From a virus, in IMG/VR virus record IMGVR_UViG_3300002138_000056: a stretch of DNA of 38,629 nt. One strand, given 5' to 3'. The position numbers were made by a program, and so were the translations under genes. The notes beneath the pieces were generated by a model. It did no database searches, was not told the DNA's origin, and saw only the letters and a program-made list of their open reading frames with translations. Position 1 is the stretch's first letter, and each line of letters begins with the position of its first letter. Below, in pieces: positions 1-9,346 of this stretch.

Positions 1-103
1 AATCCTTTTCTTTTGCAAATGCGCTTGACGAATACGGGTTATCCCTGCCAGAATTTAACTTATGGATAAAAAACCTTTAGAACTGCACCTGATCGACGGA
101 ACC
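1..103. repeat. Left copy of a 103-bp exact terminal direct repeat (same as 38527..38629). The window is one closed genome unit of 38,526 bp plus an assembly overlap or terminal redundancy.
   Basis: Read directly: bases 1-103 (aatccttttcttttgcaaatgcgcttgacg...gacggaacca) recur base for base at 38527-38629, including the first 42 nt of the terS ORF. Confidence 0.95.
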
Positions 104-526
104 AAGCCGCGACATAATCCGGCACCGTTGCCCGTCGAACTGCGCAAGCGCGTTCCTGCTGCTGAATGGATGGATCATCCTGAACTGTGGGACAAATTAA
201 AGTTCGTGGAAGAAACCAGCGAGTATTTGTTTAAGGTTTACGGCATTGGCTCAGACCAAGACAAACACGCGCTCTCGATGCTGGCTGATTACATCGACAC
301 ATATGTTAAATGTAATCGCGGGATAGAAAAAAGCGGAATCATAACCACGTTTAACAATGGCGCGACTCCTGGCCCGAATCCGTATATCCCAGTTCGCAAT
401 AAAGCCATGGGTGTCATTTTGCAATTGATGGGTGAGCTTGGCTTAACGCCTCGAGCTAGGCTTTCTGCAAACAAGGTCGAAAACTCTAGCCCGATTGCGC
501 GAATGCTTAAAGGGCCGATGGGGTGA
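62..526 (+). CDS. terS: Terminase small subunit (P27-like family)
   Basis: A 154-aa ORF directly upstream of, and overlapping (GTGA), the large terminase. It sits directly downstream of an HNH endonuclease once the circle is closed. This HNH-TerS-TerL order is typical of HK97-like cos phages. Confidence 0.7.
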   Translation: MDKKPLELHLIDGTKPRHNPAPLPVELRKRVPAAEWMDHPELWDKLKFVEETSEYLFKVYGIGSDQDKHALSMLADYIDTYVKCNRGIEKSGIITTFNNGATPGPNPYIPVRNKAMGVILQLMGELGLTPRARLSANKVENSSPIARMLKGPMG

Positions 527-2190
527 TTTGGGAACAGGGCGTTAAATACGCTATTGATGTTAGTAAGGGTGAGATTGACGTTTGCCGCGATGTTCGCCTA
601 GCTTGCCAGCGGTTCATTAACCAATACGAAAACCAAGAATGGGCGTATGTCTTTGACGAACGATTCCCGCAGCACGTACTAGATTTCTGCGTCACGCTCC
701 GACATACCAAAGGCCCGCTGGCTGGAAAACTGATTGCGCTGGAACCGTTCCAGATTTTCTTAATCTGCGGCATATACGGCTTCCGCAACAAGATTGACCG
801 CACGAAGCGCATGGTGTCGGATGTAATCCTGTACATCCCGCGCAAGGCTGGCAAATCAACTCTGACTGCGGTTATCGGGCTTTATGAATTGCGCTTTGGC
901 GAGGCAGGTAGCGAAGTCTTTACCCTAGCCACGAACCGCGAACAGGCCACCATCGTATTCGACGCGGCTAAAGGACTGGTCGAAGGAATGTTGCCGGAGC
1001 TATCTGCCGAATTCCATTTATCTAAATTTGAGATAAAAAAACTAGGCGATTCGCAATCAATGTTTAAAGCATTGAGCCGCGACACTAAAAAGACTGGCGA
1101 CGGTAAAAATCCTAGCTGTGTAATCATTGACGAAGCCGCGCAGATCGTAGACCGCAACGCTATCGAGGTGCTGCACTCAGGCATGGTGGCAAGGCAGAAC
1201 CCGTTACGGATTTACATTACCACGGCTTCATTTACTAAAGAGACAAAGTTCTACGAGGATATGGCGATGTTCCAGGCCATTCTTCACGGCGAGGCAGCAG
1301 ACAATCCTAAATGGTTTGGTTTGCTTTACGGTCTCGACCAGCAAGACGATTGGCGAGATCCGGCCTCTTGGCTAAAGGCTAATCCGATGCATGGAATATC
1401 AGTATTTGATGACGCGATTAAACAACGCGCAGAAGAAGCCAAGCACAAGCCAGCAAGCCTTAATGAGTTCCTTTGCAAGACTCTTAATATATTCGTATCC
1501 GCAAATGCGGCGTGGATTGATCGGTCGTTGTGGGAGGATAAGGTTTGCTTAATTAAAGAAGTCAGAGAACCGGATGCAGTATTTATAGGTTTTGACTTAG
1601 CAGCTACCCGCGATTTGAATGCGGTATGCACTCTTAAGCGTTTTGCTGCTGACGATTACGAAGCGGAATTTAAATTCTTTCTTCCGGAAGAAGGCTTTAA
1701 TTTTGTCCCGAAACACTATCAGGATATATTCCGCGCCGCTATAAAATCCAATATATTAAAGTTAACTGAAGGCAATGTGATGGATGACCGCGAGGTCAGC
1801 GAATATATTAAGCAGCAGGTAAATAGATACCAGATGACCAAAGAAATCGGCTACGACGCTTACAACGCCGCCTCGCTGGTGGCTCGGTTGCACGATGAAG
1901 GTATGCCTATCAAAAAGGTTGGGCAGGGCATGGCGGTATTAAACAATCCTTCTAAGCAGGTTGAAAAGCTAATACTTAATAAAAGCATCAAGCACGATGG
2001 GAATCCATTTCTTGCATGGCAACTAGGCAATTGCGAAGTGTTCACTGATGTAAACGGTAATATTAAGGTTCGCAAGAACTCTGCGGATACCGCGGCAAAA
2101 GTTGATGGTATTATCGCCATGATTATCGCGTTCCATTGCGCTCTGGATAATCCTATGGTAAATAATAGCTTCGGTTTCAGAAGTTTTTAG
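523..2190 (+). CDS. terL: Terminase large subunit (ATPase plus nuclease)
   Basis: 555 aa. Walker A-like PRKAGKST, Walker B-like CVIIDEAAQ, and a C-terminal nuclease-like region. Its position between terS and the portal gene fits. It has a GTG start overlapping the terS stop. Confidence 0.9.
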   Translation: MIWEQGVKYAIDVSKGEIDVCRDVRLACQRFINQYENQEWAYVFDERFPQHVLDFCVTLRHTKGPLAGKLIALEPFQIFLICGIYGFRNKIDRTKRMVSDVILYIPRKAGKSTLTAVIGLYELRFGEAGSEVFTLATNREQATIVFDAAKGLVEGMLPELSAEFHLSKFEIKKLGDSQSMFKALSRDTKKTGDGKNPSCVIIDEAAQIVDRNAIEVLHSGMVARQNPLRIYITTASFTKETKFYEDMAMFQAILHGEAADNPKWFGLLYGLDQQDDWRDPASWLKANPMHGISVFDDAIKQRAEEAKHKPASLNEFLCKTLNIFVSANAAWIDRSLWEDKVCLIKEVREPDAVFIGFDLAATRDLNAVCTLKRFAADDYEAEFKFFLPEEGFNFVPKHYQDIFRAAIKSNILKLTEGNVMDDREVSEYIKQQVNRYQMTKEIGYDAYNAASLVARLHDEGMPIKKVGQGMAVLNNPSKQVEKLILNKSIKHDGNPFLAWQLGNCEVFTDVNGNIKVRKNSADTAAKVDGIIAMIIAFHCALDNPMVNNSFGFRSF

Positions 2191-2209
2191 TAGAAAAACG
2201 AGAGAAAAT

Positions 2210-3607
2210 ATGGCTATTCTGGACATATTCAAGCGAAAAACAACGGCTAGGAACGAAGCAAATACCGTTCTAGGCCAGATGCAATTGGGCAACCAAGTGC
2301 TGTTCGCTACGTCGCAGAAAGGTCCGGTATCCTCACAACTGCTGTATGTCACCACCGGCAGTTCTACCGTCGCAGGACGGACTGTAGATATATCACTTCT
2401 CACCCGCAATTCGACAATAATGGGTTGCGTTGGCGTTAAGGCTAGATCATTGGCGCAACTTTCTGTTAGCGTTATGTATAAAACAGATGACGGTACATTT
2501 GTCGATGCTCTCAAATCTCCAGACGTAAGCAACAGAGATAAATCCAAAGCAAAGCAGGTCACTAACTTACTGAGTGAACCTAACAATTTCCAGAGCATGT
2601 ACGAGTTCTGGTATCAATGGTGCATGTGGCAAGATATAGCGGGCGAGTCTTTTACGTTGTGGTGGAGGAAAGACCAAAAAGACGCTAGCACTACGCCGCT
2701 GGAAATGTATAACCTTGACTCGACTTTAATAACGGTTATTCTGACTCCGACGCGCTATCCTTCGTACCGACTCTCTACCCCAAGCTACGGGTTCTCGAAA
2801 GACCAGCCGTTAGCCTCGCACCAAGTGATGCACGTTAAAGAAGCCGCTTGGCAAGGTTCCAGCGGCTTTAACAAAGGCATTCTGGCTACGGAATTGGTTG
2901 CTCTTGACCAAGACATAGACCTGTACGCTAATTTTGTGATGCAAAATGGCGCTAAACCGTCGGGTATATTTACAACCGATATGGTTATTCCAGACGCGAA
3001 ATATAAAGAAGTCGCGGCGCGGTTGAAAGAGGCCTGGAATGCGATGACCGGCAGTCGTGACGTTGACCAAAGCAAAGCGGGCCAAGGCATGTTGCTCGAT
3101 CAAGGTATGAAATACATGCCGATCGACATGCTAACTTTGCAAGACGCTGATTGTGCCAAACTTAAAGACCAAACCATGAAGCGGATTTGTGGATTGTTTG
3201 GTGTGCCGCCGCAAATGCTTTCATTTGGCGAGGGAAAGTTTAACAATTCGCAAACCATGCTTGACGAGTTTTATAAAACCACGATGTATCCGATGGTAAT
3301 CAACATTGAGCAAAAGCTAAAACAGCATTTGTTAAAGGGTTACCCGAACCTGTGTATCAGGTTTGACACTAAAGATTTCTTAAAGGGCGCTGCGCTAGAC
3401 CAGATGAATTTTGTAGTCTCTGGCGTAAACGCGGGTATTATGTCTCCGAATGAGGCGCGAGAATACTTAAACATTGAAAAGAAAGATGGCGCGGACGATT
3501 TGAAACAAGATACTAAAGCAACTGATTTAATTTCCGGTACTTCGCCGCAAGACACAGGTGGTGGCGGCGGCAATCAAGTTAAGAAAATGAATATCGGAAC
3601 TACATGA
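2210..3607 (+). CDS. Portal protein (HK97-type)
   Basis: 465 aa, located immediately after terL and before the prohead protease. It has a Gly-rich acidic/basic C-terminal tail and an RBS-like gagaga upstream. Confidence 0.85.
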   Translation: MAILDIFKRKTTARNEANTVLGQMQLGNQVLFATSQKGPVSSQLLYVTTGSSTVAGRTVDISLLTRNSTIMGCVGVKARSLAQLSVSVMYKTDDGTFVDALKSPDVSNRDKSKAKQVTNLLSEPNNFQSMYEFWYQWCMWQDIAGESFTLWWRKDQKDASTTPLEMYNLDSTLITVILTPTRYPSYRLSTPSYGFSKDQPLASHQVMHVKEAAWQGSSGFNKGILATELVALDQDIDLYANFVMQNGAKPSGIFTTDMVIPDAKYKEVAARLKEAWNAMTGSRDVDQSKAGQGMLLDQGMKYMPIDMLTLQDADCAKLKDQTMKRICGLFGVPPQMLSFGEGKFNNSQTMLDEFYKTTMYPMVINIEQKLKQHLLKGYPNLCIRFDTKDFLKGAALDQMNFVVSGVNAGIMSPNEAREYLNIEKKDGADDLKQDTKATDLISGTSPQDTGGGGGNQVKKMNIGTT

Positions 3608-3786
3608 CAATACAAGACATGATGGAAACGCTTGCTTCCCAAATAAAGAAAACAAGTGTTAAACTGCCGAAGAAAGCTGGCAGACCCCATAAAATAAAAG
3701 ATAATAACCAATCTATTAAAAACGGGGTAGTTAATGAAGAATCTCATTTTGATTTGCGAAGCTCAACTAAAGCTGGCGGCAGATGA
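3604..3786 (+). CDS. Small Lys-rich hypothetical ORF (60 aa), uncertain
   Basis: Its ATG overlaps the portal stop (ATGA), but the 3' end overlaps the protease start by 53 nt. There is no recognisable motif. Confidence 0.25.
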   Translation: MTIQDMMETLASQIKKTSVKLPKKAGRPHKIKDNNQSIKNGVVNEESHFDLRSSTKAGGR

Positions 3787-4513
3787 GGCAGCAATCGGCG
3801 CTATAGAAGCCAGAGCTACCACGTGGGGCATTCGTGAAGGCGCAGACGGGCGTAGATTCAACTACAAGCCCGAAGGTTTCGCGCAATGGGCAGATGAATT
3901 CTCTAAATCTGATAAGCCTTTGCCGATGTTCCTCAATCACAACGACGAAGGAATGCCAGTAGGCCAATGGGACGAATTCAATTTCGACGAAGAAGGCATG
4001 ACCGCAAAAGGTCGTATTTTTATGAATACGATGAACGGTTCAGACCTGCATACGATTCTAAAAGAATCACCTAAGATGTTCGGTGGCGTTTCTGTTGGGG
4101 CTTATGCTGACGAAGCAATATATACCGACGAAGATGGCGTACCGCTAGATCAAAACGCAGATTATGAAAAAGGATACTTCCAAATCACAAAAGGTGGTTT
4201 GCGAGAAGTATCCGTGGTGATGTATCCCAACAATCTACAATCGGAAATTCAAAAGCTGGAATACTTTGATGACAAAGGCCAGCCGAATCCGCGAACAATT
4301 GAAAAATCTCTGCGTGATGCAGGGTGTTCAAAAAAAGATGCGGCCACCGCGTCTAGTCTGTTCAAAAAGTTGCTGCTTGAGCGTGATGCCCAACTAAAAC
4401 CGATTGAACAAGCCCCACTTCAGAGTGACTCTGACGCGGTGGTAACCGAAGCAGAGATTCTCGCGGCTCTTGAGCAACGCGAACTTCTGTCAATTCTTAA
4501 TAAACGCATTTAA
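3734..4513 (+). CDS. Prohead serine protease (HK97 / S78-like)
   Basis: 259 aa between the portal and capsid genes. The N-terminal half has the protease-family pattern (AIEARATTWG...PLPMFLNHNDEGMPVGQW), followed by an acidic C-terminal tail. Confidence 0.8.
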   Translation: MKNLILICEAQLKLAADEAAIGAIEARATTWGIREGADGRRFNYKPEGFAQWADEFSKSDKPLPMFLNHNDEGMPVGQWDEFNFDEEGMTAKGRIFMNTMNGSDLHTILKESPKMFGGVSVGAYADEAIYTDEDGVPLDQNADYEKGYFQITKGGLREVSVVMYPNNLQSEIQKLEYFDDKGQPNPRTIEKSLRDAGCSKKDAATASSLFKKLLLERDAQLKPIEQAPLQSDSDAVVTEAEILAALEQRELLSILNKRI

Positions 4514-4522
4514 GGAACAATA

Positions 4523-5848
4523 ATGGAAAAAATCCTCGAAAAGCTAGACGCAATTGAAGCGGGCAATACTGCCAAGATTACGGAATCGGTTGAAGCCATT
4601 AAAAATGAATTCACTGAAAAACTGAATGCTTTGGAAGCCAAAATTGCCGAAGTGCAAGCACCGGCTATTATCAAAGCACCGGCTAAGACTCTGAGCCAAG
4701 AAATTAACCGTTCGGTCAAAGAACAACTCCGCGATTTCTACAAATCCAATGCTCGTTCGGAAAAAGAAATCAAGATGTTTGAATCCACTGACCAGTACGA
4801 TGCATACCTTCAAGAAACAGGTTCGCAACTGGGTAATCCTGCCGGATACGGTTCGGGCTACAACGTTGGCGGACGCACTGGTTATGATCCGGTGTTTGTG
4901 GCTCTGCGTCAGACGAATCCGTTGCGTGGCGTTTCGCGCACCGTATCAACTGATGGCTCTGCTTACCAACTGCGTCAAAAGATTGGCAATGCTGGCGCAC
5001 AATGGGGCTATGCAATCCAGAACAACGGCAGCCCGACTACTCAGGACACGCTGATTTGGCAGATGATCCTGCGCGACCTGAACTGCCAATTCCCTGTCCG
5101 TACTGCAACACTGGACGACATTGATGGTCTTGAGTCCAACATTGTTTCGGACATGCTTGCTGAGTTTAGCCAGGTTGAAGCGCAATCAATGGTTCTTAAC
5201 GATGACCAAACCGATTCGCCAGATACGTATGGCGGAACAAATGGTCTGCGTGGATTGAACCAGTACGCTTACACCAGCACGTATGCGGGCGGAACTGTAC
5301 ATCCGGTTATTCTCGGCAGCAGCGGCGTTGCTACTACTAACGGTTTGTCGCAGATTGCTACTTACGATCAGGCTACGACAAACGGCACTTCCGCTACGAC
5401 TAATAATGTAACGTATGCCGACGTTATCAATCTGATCTACAGTCTGCCGAATCAATACTGGACTGAATCAGCCGCTTTCTTGATTAACCCGATCGAACTG
5501 CAAGCAATCCGCGGGTTGGTTGATGATAACGGGCGTCCGATCTATCTGGATGGTCTGGCGCGGACTGATGGCATTGTCGGTCAGTTGCTCGGCTTTGATG
5601 TGGTCGTTAATAAATACGTGGACACGCCGAATTACGCTGGTGTTGATAAACCTAACCTGTATCCGATTTTCTTTGGAGATTGGGCGCGTGGTCACGTTAT
5701 TATCGACCGTCTGAACATGGTTATGCGTAGGTACGACCAAACGGCCCCCGGTTATATAACTTTTTTTGGTGAGAAAAGAGTTGCATCGTCGATACACGAC
5801 GCACAGGCCCTTGTAGCATACCGTTCGACGACCACCGCAAACGACTAA
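4523..5848 (+). CDS. Major capsid protein, HK97 fold, with an N-terminal coiled-coil delta (scaffold) domain
   Basis: 441 aa with a strong RBS (aaggaacaataATG). The first ~105 aa are helical and coiled-coil-like. The gene follows the protease and is itself followed by an intrinsic terminator. Confidence 0.9.
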   Translation: MEKILEKLDAIEAGNTAKITESVEAIKNEFTEKLNALEAKIAEVQAPAIIKAPAKTLSQEINRSVKEQLRDFYKSNARSEKEIKMFESTDQYDAYLQETGSQLGNPAGYGSGYNVGGRTGYDPVFVALRQTNPLRGVSRTVSTDGSAYQLRQKIGNAGAQWGYAIQNNGSPTTQDTLIWQMILRDLNCQFPVRTATLDDIDGLESNIVSDMLAEFSQVEAQSMVLNDDQTDSPDTYGGTNGLRGLNQYAYTSTYAGGTVHPVILGSSGVATTNGLSQIATYDQATTNGTSATTNNVTYADVINLIYSLPNQYWTESAAFLINPIELQAIRGLVDDNGRPIYLDGLARTDGIVGQLLGFDVVVNKYVDTPNYAGVDKPNLYPIFFGDWARGHVIIDRLNMVMRRYDQTAPGYITFFGEKRVASSIHDAQALVAYRSTTTAND

Positions 5849-5853
5849 AGGAT

Positions 5854-5878
5854 GGGGGGAGAAATCCCCCCTCTTTTT
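5854..5878 (+). terminator. Rho-independent terminator immediately after the first capsid gene
   Basis: GGGGGGA (5854-5860), GAAA loop, TCCCCCC (5865-5871), then TCTTTTT (5872-5878). It starts 6 nt after the capsid stop codon. Confidence 0.8.
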
Positions 5879-5898
5879 AACATTTATTGGAATTTAAT

Positions 5899-7137
5899 AT
5901 GAGCCTGATTCTGGAATCCATTAAAGCCGCGCTTAAGAATGGAAAAGCATCTGTAAACTTGAAAGAAGCTGCTTTGCTGACCGGATCGGGTTCTGGCATA
6001 GGCGGCAGAAATATTTACGATGATGCTTTTGCATCATTGCGTATGTTTAATCCTATTCGCGGAGCAGGTGCGCGGGTAGTAGATACAATCGGTTCAGACC
6101 AAACCTTTGTAGTTAAAACTGGTAATGCAACCAATATCCAAAATGGGGCGGTTGTTACTGGTGCAATTGCTGCCTCGGTGTTGACGGTTTCGGCGGTGAC
6201 TAGCGGCACGTTGCGCGTTGGTCAAATCCTTTCCGGCACTGGTGTTGCTGCTGGCACTTATATTAGTTCGCTAGGCACCGGCACTGGCGGCACAGGCACT
6301 TACAACGTGCTTGGTGATACGACTGCCTCAGAAACCACGATTACCGCGGTAGGTAATCCGTGGGGCTATTACCCGATCAACAGCAATAATGCTGCCGCCG
6401 GATACTCGACTTCAATTTGGCAATTGCCGTTAAGAGCCATTCAAGCGTCTGTGCCAATTCGGACTGCAATGCTGTCGGACGTTAATAATCTTGAAGAATC
6501 TATTGTGCGAGACATTGCTTTGGAATTTGCTCAACAAGAAGCTCTGTCGATGATGTTTAATAATGACCAAGCAGCATCGACTACCGGCTATTACGGCGGG
6601 ACGTTGGGCTTGCGTGGGTTGAACAGCTATACCACTTCGGATTCTGCTGCTGCATTTGGTTCAAGCGGAATAGCAATGACGAACGGCATTCATACCGTTT
6701 TAACTTTTACTTTGGCAAGCGCAAGCGCAGTTGTTGTTAATGATCTGTCTGACATATACGCATCCCTGCCACCGCAGTATTTGCTTGATCCTACTTGTGC
6801 ATGGATGATGAGTCCCGCCACTCTTGCGGTGTTGCGTAAACTTGCATCAAATTCAGGTTTGTTTCTTAATCAAGCAGGTGAAGATGGGACAAGTTCTACC
6901 GTCTATCTGATGGGGAAACCAGTACGAATAAATCCCTACATGGACGACCTTGCTGCCGGTAAGTTCGCAATTTACTTTGCGGCGTGGGATCAGTTTGTAA
7001 CGATAGCTGACAATGAAACAATGGACATCCAGATGTTCGATCAAACACAACCGGGGTATGTAACCCTGTTTGCGGAGAAGCGCGTTTGTTCGACAATCCG
7101 CGATGTTTTTGCTGGTGTCCGTTGTTATCACTCATAA
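5899..7137 (+). CDS. Second HK97-fold capsid protein, a paralogue of 4523..5848. It lacks the delta domain and has an inserted Gly/Thr-rich domain.
   Basis: Alignable by eye with the first capsid protein. Examples: [51 protein letters not shown] vs WQMILRDLNCQFPVRTATLDDIDGLESNIVSDMLAEFSQVEAQSMVLNDDQ; [10 protein letters not shown] vs GGTNGLRGLN; [16 protein letters not shown] vs DQTAPGYITFFGEKRV. The start is either ATG 5899 or TTG 5887, with no obvious SD. Confidence 0.8.
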   Translation: MSLILESIKAALKNGKASVNLKEAALLTGSGSGIGGRNIYDDAFASLRMFNPIRGAGARVVDTIGSDQTFVVKTGNATNIQNGAVVTGAIAASVLTVSAVTSGTLRVGQILSGTGVAAGTYISSLGTGTGGTGTYNVLGDTTASETTITAVGNPWGYYPINSNNAAAGYSTSIWQLPLRAIQASVPIRTAMLSDVNNLEESIVRDIALEFAQQEALSMMFNNDQAASTTGYYGGTLGLRGLNSYTTSDSAAAFGSSGIAMTNGIHTVLTFTLASASAVVVNDLSDIYASLPPQYLLDPTCAWMMSPATLAVLRKLASNSGLFLNQAGEDGTSSTVYLMGKPVRINPYMDDLAAGKFAIYFAAWDQFVTIADNETMDIQMFDQTQPGYVTLFAEKRVCSTIRDVFAGVRCYHS

Positions 7138-7143
7138 AAAATC

Positions 7144-7785
7144 ATGCCGGTCGAAAACCAAACGTATTCGTCCAATCGCAACCCGTTTAATTATGTAAAA
7201 ATTGAACAGGTGGCGAGAGACTATGTAACTCAATGGTTGACGCTAGATGAAATTACGCAGCAACTAAACTTGTTTGAAGATGAATCTCAGGATTCTTATT
7301 TGACTAGTTTAGAAGTTGCGACTCGGTTTGCCATTGAGGATTACTTGGGTATGGCTGTATTTCCTACCCAATATCGAATCTATTACGGCAACCCCGGCCT
7401 TACAAGCAGTGCGGTATATCTGGACCTTCCTGAAGTTTCGCAAGGCCGTAGCGGGGCTGCAATCAACTCTGTAAGTCTTTGGTCTGGACTGCCTCCGGTG
7501 TTAACCGCTTTAGCAACCAATACTTATTGGTATGACGCGACCGGCAATAGAGTAATCCTGCAAAGTTTGCCAAATACGGTAGATCAATACAATGCAAATC
7601 CGTTAGAAGTGCTGTACACAGTCCCGGCTAATTCGATCATGCAATATCCGGTTATTAAACAAGCTGGATTGTTGCTGCTTACCCATTTATATAATAACCG
7701 TTCTAATACAACCGAAGTGGCGCTGAAAAGTATTCCTTTTGGCGTTGATGCTTTGTTGAGGCCGTATAAACCGCTGATAATGTAA
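7144..7785 (+). CDS. Head-tail adaptor/connector (gp6-like domain with a C-terminal extension)
   Basis: 213 aa. The segment LTLDEITQQLNLFEDESQDSYLTSLEVATRFAIEDYLGMAV resembles the gp6-like connector family. It is the first gene after the capsid genes. Confidence 0.5.
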   Translation: MPVENQTYSSNRNPFNYVKIEQVARDYVTQWLTLDEITQQLNLFEDESQDSYLTSLEVATRFAIEDYLGMAVFPTQYRIYYGNPGLTSSAVYLDLPEVSQGRSGAAINSVSLWSGLPPVLTALATNTYWYDATGNRVILQSLPNTVDQYNANPLEVLYTVPANSIMQYPVIKQAGLLLLTHLYNNRSNTTEVALKSIPFGVDALLRPYKPLIM

Positions 7786-8129
7786 TGGCTATTACGCGAT
7801 ATGAAAATGTAGACATTAACAATGTAACCAACGGAGTAAATTCTGTTGGTGAGTACACTACGACTATTACGGAATGGTTTACCTCAAGAGCATTGGTAGC
7901 TGATGTATCAAATAGTTTAAGAATATCCGAGCGCTATCGTGTGTATCAGGATTTGGTAAATTTAACATTTAACTACACGCCTAACATTAAAAGCATTGTA
8001 GATAACCAGAATTTGTATAGCATTACGTGGCGCGGGTTTGATTGGCGTATAACGGATATAAGAGAGTCTAACGACAGGATGAAGGTTACATTGCTTTGTT
8101 ATCGCAATGATCCAACGACCCCAGTATGA
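7785..8129 (+). CDS. Head closure / head-tail joining protein
   Basis: 114 aa, TAATG-coupled to the adaptor gene. Size and position are typical, and the C-terminal pattern YSITWRGFDWRITDI resembles the head-tail joining family. Confidence 0.45.
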   Translation: MAITRYENVDINNVTNGVNSVGEYTTTITEWFTSRALVADVSNSLRISERYRVYQDLVNLTFNYTPNIKSIVDNQNLYSITWRGFDWRITDIRESNDRMKVTLLCYRNDPTTPV

Positions 8130-8533
8130 CTACGCAGCTTAACCCTTATGTTTACGCAGAAGCTATACAAGCACAATTAACCAGTATTGTTAACGTTCCT
8201 GTGTATGCAAACTTCAACCGGAATTATGCTACTGAAAGCCAGTTTTTAACTTGGCAATTAAGGAATGTTCATCAACCAGTCTATACGGGACAAACGCAAA
8301 ACAATAAAGGTATAGATACACCAACGTTCCAAATTAGTGTGTTTAGCCAGGCAATGAGTGATGCTTTCAATTTAAGTAATGACATACTACAATCTTTGCA
8401 TGGTTATTCTGGTGAATTTGGAGATCAGTTCTTCGTAGCGAAAGCAGATGTTTTTTGGCTTTACAATACTTACGACAACGAATTGGGATTAAACCAGATT
8501 ATTCTGGATTGCACTCTTTACGTTCCAGCATAA
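8126..8533 (+). CDS. Neck / tail completion protein (DUF3168-like)
   Basis: 135 aa, start-stop coupled, lying between the head closure gene and the major tail gene. The call is mainly positional. Confidence 0.4.
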   Translation: MTTQLNPYVYAEAIQAQLTSIVNVPVYANFNRNYATESQFLTWQLRNVHQPVYTGQTQNNKGIDTPTFQISVFSQAMSDAFNLSNDILQSLHGYSGEFGDQFFVAKADVFWLYNTYDNELGLNQIILDCTLYVPA

Positions 8534-8570
8534 GATAAAATTTTATTAACTTTTTTTTGAGGTAATTAAA

Positions 8571-9095
8571 ATGCCCCTAATTGATACAGTTTTGCCAGGT
8601 TATGTTGCTACGTTGTGGATGCAAGACGATGCAACGCCGACTCCATTAACCGACACGCAGCTTGGGACTTGGGCTGCTCAAGTAACCACGATTGTCGGCA
8701 CCACCGCTGGTGGCTCTGGCGAGTCAGGTATGCAGGTTCTTGTAGAAGCAATCCCGGCTTTTGGTAGTGATGATGCAGTGGCGGCATATGGCATTGCAGG
8801 TCAACGTACTGGGGCAAAAATAACTACGCAAAATCAGCCTACGTCTATGACTATAACTAGTGCGTGGAATTCTGCTGATGCCGCAATGCTTCAAATTCGA
8901 GCGGACGGTTATAGCGGTTTGGTTATTCGTACGTATGTTATTGCGGTTTACGATGGTACTGATACCGTTGCTTACGCATTTAACGCTCGTGTCGGTGGTT
9001 TGCAATGGGATATGTCACCGGCTGCTGAAGGGAAGTTTATGTTTACGTTGCATCCGGTTGGCGGCAGTTCTTATGGATGGACAACGAACGCTTAA
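8571..9095 (+). CDS. Major tail protein (non-contractile tail tube)
   Basis: 174 aa with a strong RBS (tgaggtaattaaaATG) after an AT-rich spacer. It lies directly upstream of the frameshifting chaperone pair and the tape measure gene. No sheath gene is present. Confidence 0.55.
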   Translation: MPLIDTVLPGYVATLWMQDDATPTPLTDTQLGTWAAQVTTIVGTTAGGSGESGMQVLVEAIPAFGSDDAVAAYGIAGQRTGAKITTQNQPTSMTITSAWNSADAAMLQIRADGYSGLVIRTYVIAVYDGTDTVAYAFNARVGGLQWDMSPAAEGKFMFTLHPVGGSSYGWTTNA

Positions 9096-9346
9096 AAAAA
9101 TACATGGACAATACAGGATCAAAAGATTTACTGGCTTATTTAATAACCCAATCCAGTTCCGGCGCTAAGAACTGGTTTGGGTTTCAACAACAAAAAATAA
9201 TAGGAATAAATCTTTGCTACGAAATAGCAAAGAATCACGCAGCAGATATGTCACCGGATGAAGTGACGGAATACGTGCTGCGATTAAATGATTCCATATA
9301 CAAAAAACTGATAAAAGGCGAATCTAATGAGCAAGTTAGCAAGTAA
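9077..9346 (+). CDS. Hypothetical protein (89 aa, or 80 aa from ATG 9104)
   Basis: An ORF between the major tail and chaperone genes that overlaps both. No motif was recognised. Confidence 0.4.
   Translation: MDNERLKKYMDNTGSKDLLAYLITQSSSGAKNWFGFQQQKIIGINLCYEIAKNHAADMSPDEVTEYVLRLNDSIYKKLIKGESNEQVSK

Noticed and set aside
1-61. Sigma70 promoter for the late operon upstream of terS
   Set aside because: TTGCAA (13-18) and TTGACG (25-30) are -35-like, but the sequences 16-18 nt downstream (gggtta, ccagaa) are poor -10 elements. Late transcription probably depends on read-through or a phage factor.
2023-2598. 191-aa minus-strand ORF spanning the terL/portal junction, and other short antisense ORFs in the head genes (507-854, 882-1184, 1326-1631, 4544-5797 series)
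   Set aside because: All lie antisense to well-supported structural genes. They lack RBS context and give low-complexity products. The whole region is a unidirectional coupled operon.
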